Part shown: positions 29,952-39,301 of the stretch, one piece after another
Position numbering within the stretch: the first letter of the stretch is position 1
Layout: each line of letters opens with the position of its first letter
Assembly: GCA_963713975.1 (NCBI GenBank)
Contig: OY970218.1
Location: 192,001-256,000, forward strand
DNA: 64,000 nt
Origin: an uncultured Chloroflexia bacterium
GTDB taxonomy: Bacteria > Chloroflexota > Limnocylindria > Limnocylindrales > CSP1-4
Reading direction: 5' to 3'
Position numbers and translations under genes: made by a program
Notes under the pieces: generated by a model
Databases searched by the model: none
What the model saw: only the letters and a program-made list of their open reading frames with translations
What the model was told of the DNA's origin: nothing

Positions 29952-30932
29952 TCAGCCAGGCGGCAGCGTCCCGCTCCCGTCCCGCAGCTGCTGCTGCACC
30001 TCCAGCGCCTGGGCGAGGGTCCCGCGGGCCTCCTCGATCGCGATCACGGCCTGGTTGAGCCCGCCCTGGGCGACGTCGGACATGATCACGATCAGGCCAC
30101 GCGTGTCGCCAGGGAGGCCCGAGCGGGCCAGCTGCTCCCCCTCGTAGGCACGGCGGACGGCGTCCGTCACGCGGCCGCGGGCGTCTAGCAGCACCTGGTA
30201 GAGCTCCCCGAGCGCCGTGTCGTAGGCCGCGTTGCGGTCGATCCACGTCGTCAACGTGGACACGTCTGTGCTCGGGGCCAGGCGGTCACGGAGCGCGCGG
30301 GACTCGGCGATGGTCGCCTCGGATGCCTTGAGACCGTCCAGTGCCTGGCGGTAGCGTCCGGCGGACCCTTCCGTGGCGGCGGCCGCCGTCTCCTCGTCGT
30401 GGCGCGCCAGGAGGGCCGACACCCGCGCGGCAGTCAGCGCCCGGCCGGTGAACGACGCCCAGTCGTCCTCCAAGCCGCCGGTGAGTCCGGACGTCGAGGC
30501 GAGCTCGACGTAGCGGTGCCGCAGCTCGGGTGCCAGGTACAGGGGCCAGTCGTCGCCGGTGTAGGGCACGGCGGCGAGGGATCGCTCCAGGTCGGTCGTG
30601 CGGGCCTGCACCGCCTGGAGTCTCGTCGTGCCGTCCGCGATGGTCGCCTGGAGCTCCGGGAGATCGCCGCCCACGACCTGGGTCAGGGCCTGGCGCGCCG
30701 TCGATCCCAGCTGGTCCACCTCCGCCGAGAGTGCCTCGAGGTCCGCCGTCGCCGTGTCGAGGGCGGGGGCCACGGCCACGTCACCGGCCCATGTCAGCTC
30801 CGCGCGTGCGGTCGTCCCGGGCATGTGCGTGAGGGTCGCGATGATGCCGGCGGCACCGAGCGAGATCAGCAGGGCGATGGCAGCCCAGGCCAGCCGGGTC
30901 ATGAGCGTGCGCAGGAAGCGGGTGACGGTCAC
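29952..30932 (-). CDS. Hypothetical membrane-anchored helical protein
   Basis: N-terminal TM, Ala/Leu-rich helical body; leaderless -10 TACCCT. Confidence 0.7.
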   Translation of the reverse strand: MTVTRFLRTLMTRLAWAAIALLISLGAAGIIATLTHMPGTTARAELTWAGDVAVAPALDTATADLEALSAEVDQLGSTARQALTQVVGGDLPELQATIADGTTRLQAVQARTTDLERSLAAVPYTGDDWPLYLAPELRHRYVELASTSGLTGGLEDDWASFTGRALTAARVSALLARHDEETAAAATEGSAGRYRQALDGLKASEATIAESRALRDRLAPSTDVSTLTTWIDRNAAYDTALGELYQVLLDARGRVTDAVRRAYEGEQLARSGLPGDTRGLIVIMSDVAQGGLNQAVIAIEEARGTLAQALEVQQQLRDGSGTLPPG

Positions 30933-31002
30933 AGGCGGAGGGTATCGGGTCGGAGTGCGGGAGTGCTCGGGCGAGCCTGCGGGCGGGATAGGCCCGTATC
31001 GC

Positions 31003-31950
31003 TCAAGCCGTCGGCGGCTCCTGGTCCCTGACCTTGAGCCGGAGGTGGGTGAGATGGCCCTCCATCGGCTGGGGCTCGAAGCCGAAGTCCCTGTTCACGC
31101 CGTCGAGGGGGCCGACGTTGTCGAACCGCAGCTGGCGGAGCTGGTCCGTCGCCACCGGGAACGGGAGGCGGAGCTTCTCGGCGACCGTCGCGACGAGTCG
31201 GATGACCGCCACGGGCATCGGGACCAGGAGCCGGCGCTTGTCCATCCCCCGCAGGACCTCCTCCACGATCTCGCGGTAGGTCCACGTACGCGGGCCGCCG
31301 AGCAGGTACTCGCGCCCGATCGTCGAGTCGTCACCGTGGGCCAGCACCGCCACGCGGGCGAGGTCGGCGATGGCCAGGGGCTGGAACCTCGCGTCCCCCT
31401 TGCCGGTGATCGGGACGACGCCCGGCGACATGCGCACGAGCCCAGCAAGGATGTTGAAGAACCCGTCTCGGGGTCCATAGAGGAGGGATGGGGACAGGAT
31501 CGTCCAGTCGAGGCCACTCGCTCGAACCAGCGCCATCCCGCGGACCTTGGAGCTCCCGAAGTGCAGGTCCGGCTCGTCTGCCAGGCCCAGGCCACCGAGG
31601 TGGACGAAGCGCCGCACGCCGGCCTCGGACGCGGCGTTGACGACGTTCCGGGTGCCCTCCGTGTTGACCAGGCGCAACGTGGCCCCGCCGTCCCAGTCCC
31701 GGGGCACGGCGACCAGGTGGAGCACGGCGTCGACGCCGGCGAGCGCTCCGGGGAGGGTCTCCGGGCGGGTCACGTCACCTCGCCGGGTCTCGAGGGACTC
31801 GCGCTGGGCCGGGGACAGCCGGGCGGTGACCTTCGCAGCGCCGTCGTCGTCCCGGACCAGGGCGTGGACGCGGTGGCCGGCATCGACCAGCGCTGGGACC
31901 ATGTGGCTTCCGACAAACCCGTTGGCGCCGGTGACGAGGATCGTGGACAT
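31003..31950 (-). CDS. NAD(P)-dependent epimerase/dehydratase (NDUFA9-like SDR)
   Basis: ILVTGANGFVG Rossmann motif, GDVT, VNTEGT. Confidence 0.9.
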   Translation of the reverse strand: MSTILVTGANGFVGSHMVPALVDAGHRVHALVRDDDGAAKVTARLSPAQRESLETRRGDVTRPETLPGALAGVDAVLHLVAVPRDWDGGATLRLVNTEGTRNVVNAASEAGVRRFVHLGGLGLADEPDLHFGSSKVRGMALVRASGLDWTILSPSLLYGPRDGFFNILAGLVRMSPGVVPITGKGDARFQPLAIADLARVAVLAHGDDSTIGREYLLGGPRTWTYREIVEEVLRGMDKRRLLVPMPVAVIRLVATVAEKLRLPFPVATDQLRQLRFDNVGPLDGVNRDFGFEPQPMEGHLTHLRLKVRDQEPPTA

Positions 31951-32054
31951 CGGGGCTCCACTCTGGCGTCGCGGTCTCGGACGCGATCACCAAAAGGTTC
32001 GCACCGGACGCAATGCCGGATTGGCCGCTGGATGGCACCCGCTACCATCGGGGC

Positions 32055-33116
32055 ATGAGCCAGCTCGACCCACGGACCCTGCGCGCCCTCACCAGGGCCA
32101 TGCCCAAGGCGGAGCTCCATCTCCACCTGGACGGCTCTCTCCGCATCGACACGGCGCTCGACATCGCGCGCACCCGGCGCGTGGAGGCACCCGTCACGTT
32201 TGCGGGCATGCGCGGTGTCCTCGTCGGCCCGGACCTGGTGACGGACCAGGCCGAGCTGCTCAAGGCGTTCGACCTGCCGATCCTGCTGCTGCAGGACGCC
32301 GAGGCGCTCGAGCGCGTCGCCGACGACCTCGTGACCGACAAGGCCTGCGAGCACGTCCGCTACATGGAGATCCGCTGGGCGCCCCTGCTCCACACCCAGC
32401 GGGGGCTGAGCGGACGCCAGGTCGTGGAGGCGGTCTGGCGGGGCGCCCACGACGCCGCCAGGCGCCACGACGTCCAGGTCAGGCTGATCGCGACGCTCAT
32501 GCGCTCGCACGCTCCCCAGGACAACCTCGATCTCATCCTGGACATGGCCCAGGAGGGCATCCCCGACGGGCTCGTCGCCGTGGACCTCGCGGGTCCCGAG
32601 GCGCGCTTCCCGGACCCGGAGCGGCACCGCGGGGCGATCGACATGGCGCGCGACCTCGGGCTCCACGTCACGCTCCACGCCGGCGAGTGGGGCGGTGCTG
32701 CGCAGGTGAGGCGGGCGCTCTCGATCGAGCCTGAGCGGATCGCTCACGGCCCGCTGGCCATCGACGATCCCGGGCTCGTCGCCGACCTCATCGAGAAGGA
32801 GGTCTGGCTGGATCTGTGCCTGACCTCGAACTATCAGGCCCAGATCGTCCCGACGATCGCCGATCACCCGTTCCGCCGCCTGCTCCACGCCGGCGTCAGG
32901 GTCACGCTCAACACGGACGACCTGACCGTGTCCGATGTCACCCTGTCCGAGGAGTACGCCCGCGCCGTGGAGGAGCTCGGGGTCACGCTGCCGGAGCTGT
33001 GGGCCGTGAACACCGGCGCGATCGAAGCGGCCTTCTGCGGCGAGCCCACCAAGGAGTCACTGCGCGAGACCTTCCTGGCCTGGGGCGCGGGTGTCCCCGA
33101 GCTGATCCATCGTTGA
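32055..33116 (+). CDS. add: Adenosine/adenine deaminase
   Basis: PKAELHLHLDGS, HAGE, RIAHG, NTDD motifs. Confidence 0.9.
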   Translation: MSQLDPRTLRALTRAMPKAELHLHLDGSLRIDTALDIARTRRVEAPVTFAGMRGVLVGPDLVTDQAELLKAFDLPILLLQDAEALERVADDLVTDKACEHVRYMEIRWAPLLHTQRGLSGRQVVEAVWRGAHDAARRHDVQVRLIATLMRSHAPQDNLDLILDMAQEGIPDGLVAVDLAGPEARFPDPERHRGAIDMARDLGLHVTLHAGEWGGAAQVRRALSIEPERIAHGPLAIDDPGLVADLIEKEVWLDLCLTSNYQAQIVPTIADHPFRRLLHAGVRVTLNTDDLTVSDVTLSEEYARAVEELGVTLPELWAVNTGAIEAAFCGEPTKESLRETFLAWGAGVPELIHR

Positions 33117-33155
33117 GCCGGTCGCCAGTAGGCCGGTGACGCCCGAGAAGGGCCG

Positions 33156-33437
33156 GTGACGCCCGAGACGATCCAGCTGGCGGTGCTCGTGTTCGCCCTG
33201 ATCGCGACCCGGCCGTTCGAGGAGGGTCGCTGGCGCGCCGGCCGCATCTCCGACCGGACGTCGGCCCTGCTGGTCGTCGGGCGGCTGCCGTTCCTTGTGG
33301 TCGGCTTCGCCCTCATCACGGAACGCGAGCCCGCGGTGGTCCTGGGGATGACAGTGATCTCACTGGTGATCGCGGCCCTGATCTACCCGCTGGTGGTGGG
33401 CCGCCTGCGGCGTGTCCGCGGCTCCGGCGGTCGCTGA
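33156..33437 (+). CDS. Small hypothetical membrane protein
   Basis: Three hydrophobic segments and a basic C-terminus. Confidence 0.65.
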   Translation: MTPETIQLAVLVFALIATRPFEEGRWRAGRISDRTSALLVVGRLPFLVVGFALITEREPAVVLGMTVISLVIAALIYPLVVGRLRRVRGSGGR

Positions 33438-33466
33438 CCGGTCCTCGGCGGCCCGGCAGGCACGGG

Positions 33467-33630
33467 CCTAGGTGCGCCCGTGAGCCGCTGGGCGGGTGAA
33501 CCGTCGGGTGCAACGTGACTTGCGCCGATGGGCGGCACGCCTGTCGGCTGGGCAGGGCCCTGGGAGCGACGAACGTGCCGCCGGGCGACTCAAACCGGGA
33601 TGCACCCGACCGTTGAACCGGTAGGCGGCA
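33467..33630 (-). repeat. 164-bp dispersed hairpin-forming element, copy 1
   Basis: Reverse complement matches 51061-51224 at 148/164 positions with no gaps. Confidence 0.9.
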
Positions 33631-33660
33631 TGGGCGGCACGGCTGGGGGTCCTCGGTCCC

Positions 33661-34509
33661 CTACCGGTCGTCCGCGGCCAGCCCGTCGAGGATGGTGGCG
33701 AGCTCCGAGGCGTCGGCGGCGATGCGCGTCGGTCGCTCCTCCGGCGGCAGCGCGTCCGCCATCTCACGCGTGGTGACGCCGGTCAGGATCAGGACGGTCC
33801 TCGCGCCCACGGCCCTCCCGGCCGCCACATCCGTCGGCGCGTCCCCGATCATCACGGCCCGCGAGACGTCGCCGTCCACCAGCCGGGCCGCGGCCTCCAG
33901 GAGGTACGGGCCGGGCTTTCCGATCGTGACCGCGGCCGTGGTTCGTGCGGCAGTCTCGATGGCCGCCACGACGGAACCGGCGCCGGGCCGGAAGCCGCGC
34001 TCGGTGGGATAGACGGGATCCCGGTTGGTTGCCACCAGGACCGCGCCGGCGCGGATGCAGTCCGCGGCGGCGGCGATCCGCAGGTAGGTCAGCTGCGGGT
34101 CCAGGCCAACCACGACCACGTCCGGGTGGTCGGCGGCGGCCCACCCGTCGATGCCCTCCTGACCCATGCGCGTCGCGGCATGCGCGGCCGTCACCACGTC
34201 GAGCCCGGCCTCTCGCAGCTCGCGCTCCAGGCCGCTTGCGCCCACCGCAAGCACCCGCCGTCCGCCCGGCATCGCATCGCGGACATACATGGCGCTGGCG
34301 AGCGCGCTGGTGACCACGCGGTCGGGCCCCACCGGTGCCCCGTGGCCGGCGAGGCGGGGCAGGTAGTCGCCGTGGTAGTGCATCGCGTTGTTGGTGACGT
34401 ACACGACGTCGTCGCCCAGGGCCGCACGGGCGGCCAGCGCCGGCCCAACCCCGGGCACGGCTTCCGAGGCGCGGTAGACCACGCCATCGAGATCGACAAG
34501 GAGGAGCAC
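33661..34509 (-). CDS. HAD-IIA family hydrolase (NagD-like)
   Basis: DLDGV, VTNN, ATNRD, IGKP, MIGD...D, LTGV motifs. Confidence 0.9.
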   Translation of the reverse strand: MLLLVDLDGVVYRASEAVPGVGPALAARAALGDDVVYVTNNAMHYHGDYLPRLAGHGAPVGPDRVVTSALASAMYVRDAMPGGRRVLAVGASGLERELREAGLDVVTAAHAATRMGQEGIDGWAAADHPDVVVVGLDPQLTYLRIAAAADCIRAGAVLVATNRDPVYPTERGFRPGAGSVVAAIETAARTTAAVTIGKPGPYLLEAAARLVDGDVSRAVMIGDAPTDVAAGRAVGARTVLILTGVTTREMADALPPEERPTRIAADASELATILDGLAADDR

Positions 34510-34531
34510 CGCACGATGCTACCGTCTGTGC

Positions 34532-35137
34532 ATGCCCCCCGCCCCGCGCACATCCCCGTTCGAAGGCACGGACCGCCTCATCATCGACGGCACCAACATG
34601 CTCTACCGCCTGGGGGCGGCCGCGGGTGGGCCGGCCCCGGCGTCCGCGATCGTGGGGCGCATCCGCGGGGCGGTCCCGGCGACGATCACGATCGACCTCG
34701 TCTTCGACGGCGTGGGCCACGGGGTGTACGGGCGGCTGGCCCAGAAGATGACAGTCCGCTACTCCGGTCGGAGGAGCGGCGACGACACCATCCTGGACCT
34801 GGTATCGGAGGCCGCCATGCAGGCTCGAGGTGCCGTCACGACCGACCGGGTGCTGGTCGTGACCAACGATCGTGGGCTGCGCGACCTCCTGGCGGCGAAA
34901 GGCGCGCGTACCGTGCCGCTGCAGTGGCTGATCGGCAAGCTGGACGTCCCGGTGCCGGGAACGCGAGGCGCCAGGGGGACGTCGATCGGCGCCGGACGGC
35001 CGCCCGCAAACAGGGGGCCCGCCGCCTCCCCGGACGAGGACCGGCGCCGCTGGTCCCCGGGACGCGGAGCGACCTCCAAGACCGGGCAGGCACGCAAGGT
35101 GGCCAGGCACAGGCGCCATCCACGCATGTCCGGCTGA
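34532..35137 (+). CDS. NYN/PIN-domain protein (YacP/Rae1-like)
   Basis: IIDGTN, VFDG, SGDD, VVTNDRGL acidic PIN motifs. Confidence 0.8.
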   Translation: MPPAPRTSPFEGTDRLIIDGTNMLYRLGAAAGGPAPASAIVGRIRGAVPATITIDLVFDGVGHGVYGRLAQKMTVRYSGRRSGDDTILDLVSEAAMQARGAVTTDRVLVVTNDRGLRDLLAAKGARTVPLQWLIGKLDVPVPGTRGARGTSIGAGRPPANRGPAASPDEDRRRWSPGRGATSKTGQARKVARHRRHPRMSG

Positions 35138-35177
35138 GGTCACACGCCAGCGGCGCCCATCCTGCTAGCATGCCGCG

Positions 35178-35651
35178 GTGATCGTCGACAGCCTGAACCA
35201 GCTCTGGTCCAACCTGCTCGCGTTCTCTGGCGCGTTCGTGACGCCGGACTGGGGCGGGCTCATCGGCCTGCTGCCGGTCTTCCTGCTCATCGGGGTGGTG
35301 GGGCCGTTCCTCACGCTGCTCGTGCTGGCCTGGGTCGTCTACGGCGTCCGCAAGCCACGGCCCAAGGTCGCGTTCGCGGATCCCCGTCGGGCCGCCCCGC
35401 TCGACGAGGATGGTAACGCGGTCTTCCCCGCCGGCGAGCCATACAGCCCTCGTGAGCAGATGATCTACGAGCCGGGGGCAACGCAATCCCAGGCTGGGGA
35501 AAGCCTCGTGGTCGCGTGCCCCAAGTGCGCCCTCGTCCGCTCCGCCGCGGAGGACACGTGCGGCAACTGCGGCCTCACCTTCACCCTCAAGCCAACCACG
35601 CGCTCACTCCGCTCCGTCGGTCCGCCGTCGGGTGGAGCCGCCGCCGCCTGA
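35178..35651 (+). CDS. Membrane protein with C-terminal zinc ribbon
   Basis: TM segment then CPKC...CGNC. Confidence 0.7.
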   Translation: MIVDSLNQLWSNLLAFSGAFVTPDWGGLIGLLPVFLLIGVVGPFLTLLVLAWVVYGVRKPRPKVAFADPRRAAPLDEDGNAVFPAGEPYSPREQMIYEPGATQSQAGESLVVACPKCALVRSAAEDTCGNCGLTFTLKPTTRSLRSVGPPSGGAAAA

Positions 35652-35738
35652 GCGCCTGACCTCCCGGCGGGCGACCGCCGGCGAACCCTTCGAGCCCCCG
35701 GGAACGACCCGTCGGCTCCCAGCGTCCCGGGAAACAAC

Positions 35739-36677
35739 ATGGCACAGGCATCCTCGCTCCTGTTCGTGCTCGGCGTCATCGCCACCGCCATCGGGTTCGC
35801 CGCACATGTCGGCCACGCGGTGCTGCTGGCCAACGGTCGCCGGCTGGTCGTCCTCGCACCGGCAACCCGGCCGGCCTTCGCCACCGGCGGCGTCACGGGC
35901 TCGTTCGTGACGGCCCGCGCCACCGCCGCCTCGTCGCCGGTCGAGCTGGCCGCCTCGCCCAGCCCGCTGTCACGCGTGGCGACGACCTTCACGGCCGTGG
36001 CCTTCGCGCTGCTCGTGGCGTCGGCGGCCATGCGCGGGATCGTGGTGGGCCGTGGGCCGTACGGCAACCTCTACGAGTTCAGCGTCGCGTTCGCGGCATC
36101 GATCCTGGGCGGTTACCTGTGGCTCTCGCGACGCTACGCGATCCGCCAGATCGGGTTCATCCCCGTGGGCGTGGCGCTCGCCATGCTCCTGTATGCCGCG
36201 TCGCTGCCGTCGGAGATCGAGCCGCTGGTGCCCGCGCTCCAGAATGCACCCCTGCTCACGATCCACGTGGGCATGGCCGTGCTGGCGTACGGGATCTTCG
36301 CGACGTCGTTTGCCGCGGGCCTCGCCTACCTCGCCCAGGGGACGGGCGACCGGTTCGCCTGGCTGCCGTCGCACAGGACGCTGGACGAGGTGGCGTACCG
36401 CTCGGTGATCCTCGGCTTTCCGATCTTCGCCACGATGATCGTCCTGGGGTCCTGGTGGGCATCGATTGCCTGGTCCCGCTACTGGGGGTGGGACCCGAAG
36501 GAGACCGCGGCCCTGGTGACGTGGCTTACCTACGCGGTCTACCTCCACGCACGCAACCAGCGACGATGGGCCGGCCGACCGGCCGCGCTGCTGCTCGTGA
36601 TCGGCTTCCTGATGGTGCTGGTCACCTACTCGGGCAGCCTGTGGTTCAGCGGGCTGCACGCCTATTCGGGGCTGTAG
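35739..36677 (+). CDS. ccsB: Cytochrome c biogenesis protein CcsB/ResC (system II)
   Basis: PYGNLYE, PALQ...IHV, WGWDPKET (WWD domain), GLHAY motifs. Confidence 0.9.
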   Translation: MAQASSLLFVLGVIATAIGFAAHVGHAVLLANGRRLVVLAPATRPAFATGGVTGSFVTARATAASSPVELAASPSPLSRVATTFTAVAFALLVASAAMRGIVVGRGPYGNLYEFSVAFAASILGGYLWLSRRYAIRQIGFIPVGVALAMLLYAASLPSEIEPLVPALQNAPLLTIHVGMAVLAYGIFATSFAAGLAYLAQGTGDRFAWLPSHRTLDEVAYRSVILGFPIFATMIVLGSWWASIAWSRYWGWDPKETAALVTWLTYAVYLHARNQRRWAGRPAALLLVIGFLMVLVTYSGSLWFSGLHAYSGL

Positions 36678-36853
36678 CACCGACGCGGGACCGTCCGCGC
36701 CGACCTCGACCATCGGCCCTAGCCTTCGACGCCGTCCCGGACCATGGTGGGCAGTGGAACGCGGGAGGCAGCGATGGATCGTCCGTGCTCCTGCCGCCGG
36801 GACGATCCTGAGCCACTGGCGAGACAGGCCCGCGAGCAGCCGGAGGTGCCGCG

Positions 36854-37129
36854 ATGGCGCTGCACTCCCCAGTCCACCACGCCGGCATGGCCGGCTCCCA
36901 CCTGTATCGCAACTTCCTGATCGCGATCGTGCTCGCGTTCGTGGCGGTCGCCCTGATTGCGGTGCTCGGATCGGTGAGGGTCTCGTTCAGTCCCGGGATC
37001 ACGCCGTCCGATGAGGCGCGGGGCCTCATCGAGTACCGGGCCGCCGAGCGCGCCGATTGGGTCGCGGGCATGACGACCGAGGGTGGATCGCTGCTCGAGT
37101 TCCGCGCCGCGGAGCGGACCAGCGAGTAG
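36854..37129 (+). CDS. Small single-pass membrane protein
   Basis: GGAGG RBS, one TM helix, internal repeat LIEYRAAER / LLEFRAAER. Confidence 0.7.
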   Translation: MALHSPVHHAGMAGSHLYRNFLIAIVLAFVAVALIAVLGSVRVSFSPGITPSDEARGLIEYRAAERADWVAGMTTEGGSLLEFRAAERTSE

Positions 37130-37149
37130 CGACGCCACGCTCGATTCGT

Positions 37150-37181
37150 GGGCCGGGCGCCCCGGCGCGGGCGCCCGGCCC
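37150..37181. terminator. GC hairpin, probable terminator
   Basis: Perfect 13-bp stem gggccgggcgccc/gggcgcccggccc 20 bp after the stop; no U tract. Confidence 0.55.
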
Positions 37182-37502
37182 GGGGGCTCCGGCTGTCCAC
37201 CAGGGGCGTCTCGAGGCTGGTTGCAGCGAATTGATATCGACCAAGCCCGGCAACGAGCAGTCGGATCCCGGGCAACGGTCGGAAGGGACGAGAGGGATAG
37301 CTCCGCCTCCAGCGACCTTCGGATCGTCATGCGCCGTGCAGAGCCGCGGCTCCCTCTCGAGCTGGTCCGCGGCGCATGCCGGACGGCCCTGATGCAAGCT
37401 GGACGCGCAACCTACCGTGAAGGTCGCGACTGCGGTCTTGGTGACGGAGCCGGACACCGCGAGGCGGTACCTCGCCGACCTGCGCGCCCGGTCTGGGCTG
37501 GC

Positions 37503-37934
37503 CTACCTCGGCTCCGACTCAAGCACTTCCTTCAACTTGGCGAAGTCCCGCAGGTACTGCTTCTTCCCGACGCCTGAGATGATCGGCCAGATCACCTTGG
37601 TGAAGCCGACGGGGTCGACACTCATCGTGACCTTCACGCCGGCAGCGGTCGGCTCGAACCGGTACGACGAGTCGAAGGGCACGGGCTTCGTCACCTTGAA
37701 GGCAAACAGCTGGTTGGGGACCAATGCCGTGACGACCCATTGGGTCGTGCTCTTCATGCCCATGGATCTGCGGATGTCCCGCCCGGTGGAGCCCACGGCC
37801 AATGGCCCGTCCGAGGTGAAGCTCGAATCGATGAGGCCCGACTGCCACCGTGTCTCGTTGGACGGATCGGCCAGAAAAGCGAACACATCATCGACCGACC
37901 GGTCGATCTCGATGCTGCTCTCGAACGCGGCCAC
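37503..37934 (-). CDS. SRPBCC/polyketide cyclase family protein
   Basis: SIEIDRSVDDVFAFLAD...W N-terminus and LKEVLE C-terminal helix. Confidence 0.85.
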   Translation of the reverse strand: MAAFESSIEIDRSVDDVFAFLADPSNETRWQSGLIDSSFTSDGPLAVGSTGRDIRRSMGMKSTTQWVVTALVPNQLFAFKVTKPVPFDSSYRFEPTAAGVKVTMSVDPVGFTKVIWPIISGVGKKQYLRDFAKLKEVLESEPR

Positions 37935-38586
37935 CCTTCACCTCGCTTAATGGGATGTGAACCCGGCCTGGTTTGCGTCGCGGCAGCGTACTCGACGCGG
38001 GGCCGCCCAGGGAAGTGCCCGCGTCTCGTGATCGGCTTCCTGCTCGGGGTGCCGCTGGTTCGCGTCGTGATCGCGCGTCGAGTCTGGCTGCCATCAGATC
38101 CGCGCTTGCGGGCTCGGGCCCGGCGGCTACCCGGCAGATCCTGTCGCGTGACGGCCGGCGGGCGTCGAGGTCCGGTCGACCTCGTCCTGACAGCCTGACC
38201 ACCATCGCCCGAGGCCCTGCTGGACGTAGAGCATCGCGGGGCGAGGACTGCGCTACGACCGAGCCGCGACCGACTCGCGGCAGTCTCCTATGGTTTCGGT
38301 CCGGGCGTCGTGGTCGTGGTCGAGAAGCCAGGCGTGAGCTTGCGCCGGCGACGTCGGCTCGCTGTCGTCCAGGTGCCCGCTGCGTCGCCTGTCAAGCTCG
38401 CCAACCTCGCAAGGTCAGCGGGATGTGCCCGCGCCGTGTCGATCTCCCCACGCTGCCGAGCGGGACGACGAAACGGTCGGCTGGCTTACGCGCGCACGAC
38501 TAGGCGGGCTGAAGAAGACCGGATCCCATGCTGCTGATATAGGCCTCGAGCCTGATCCTCACCAGACCGCGAAGGGAGCGACGATC

Positions 38587-38963
38587 GTGAATGGTCCCGT
38601 GGAGTCGCCAAGCATGCCCAGGTGGTCGGGCCGTATTCGCCGGCAGTCCGTGCGGGAGAGTTCCTGTTCGTGGCCGGGCAGCCGGGGCTCGATCCCTCGA
38701 CCGGATCCGTCCCCCCAGGCGGCTTCGAGGCGGAGGCCAGACAGGCGTTCGTCAACCTTCGGCCAGTCGTCGAGGCGGCCGGAACCGGCCTCGGGCGAGT
38801 CGTCAAGACGACGGTCTTCATCGCCAGTGCCGACGACTTCGCGGTGATGAACCAGTTGTCTGCCGAGTTCTTCCCGGCGGCCCCGCCGGTCCGCTCGACG
38901 CCGATCGTCGGGCTGCCACGCGGTCTTCGCATCTCGATCGATGCGGTCGCGTTCGTGGGCTGA
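38587..38963 (+). pseudogene. RidA family protein with apparent 1-bp frameshift near the 5' end
   Basis: GPYSPA, LFVAGQ, VVKTTVF, PVRS motifs; RBS-linked GTG 38587 is out of frame with the body starting 38622. Confidence 0.65.
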
Positions 38964-39301
38964 CGAGAGACTCGGTGGGATCGGGCCGGTTGGGCGTCGT
39001 GTTGGCTTCCGCCTGAAGCGACCGTCGGCGATCGCGGGGTATCGGGCGCGGCCAGGCTGGGGCTGATCGCTCGCCCGGGCGCCGTCGTGGGGAGGCGCCG
39101 CACCAGCCAGGCTCCAGACGCGGCACTACAAGCTGGCAACTTGGCCGCCCCTCTTGATCAACTGCTCGGTGATGAGACCTGACCGTGCGCGCAGGTTGGC
39201 GAGGTCCCGCTTCCCGGGAATCACCGGCGTGGCCCCGTGCGAACCGCGCCCAAGCGAGCTCGGCCCAGTGTTACGATCGCGCACCGCGGAGGTGCCTGAC
39301 G

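Noticed and set aside
25981-30147. 1388-aa plus-strand ORF and other long antisense ORFs (e.g. 47135-50599, 19879-22470)
   Set aside because: Shadow ORFs opposite well-supported genes, a usual high-GC artefact with no recognisable motifs
33468-33630. Peptide encoded by the repeat (AAYRFNGRVHPG...)
   Set aside because: No start codon or RBS, copy 2 has an in-frame stop, and most differences are non-synonymous
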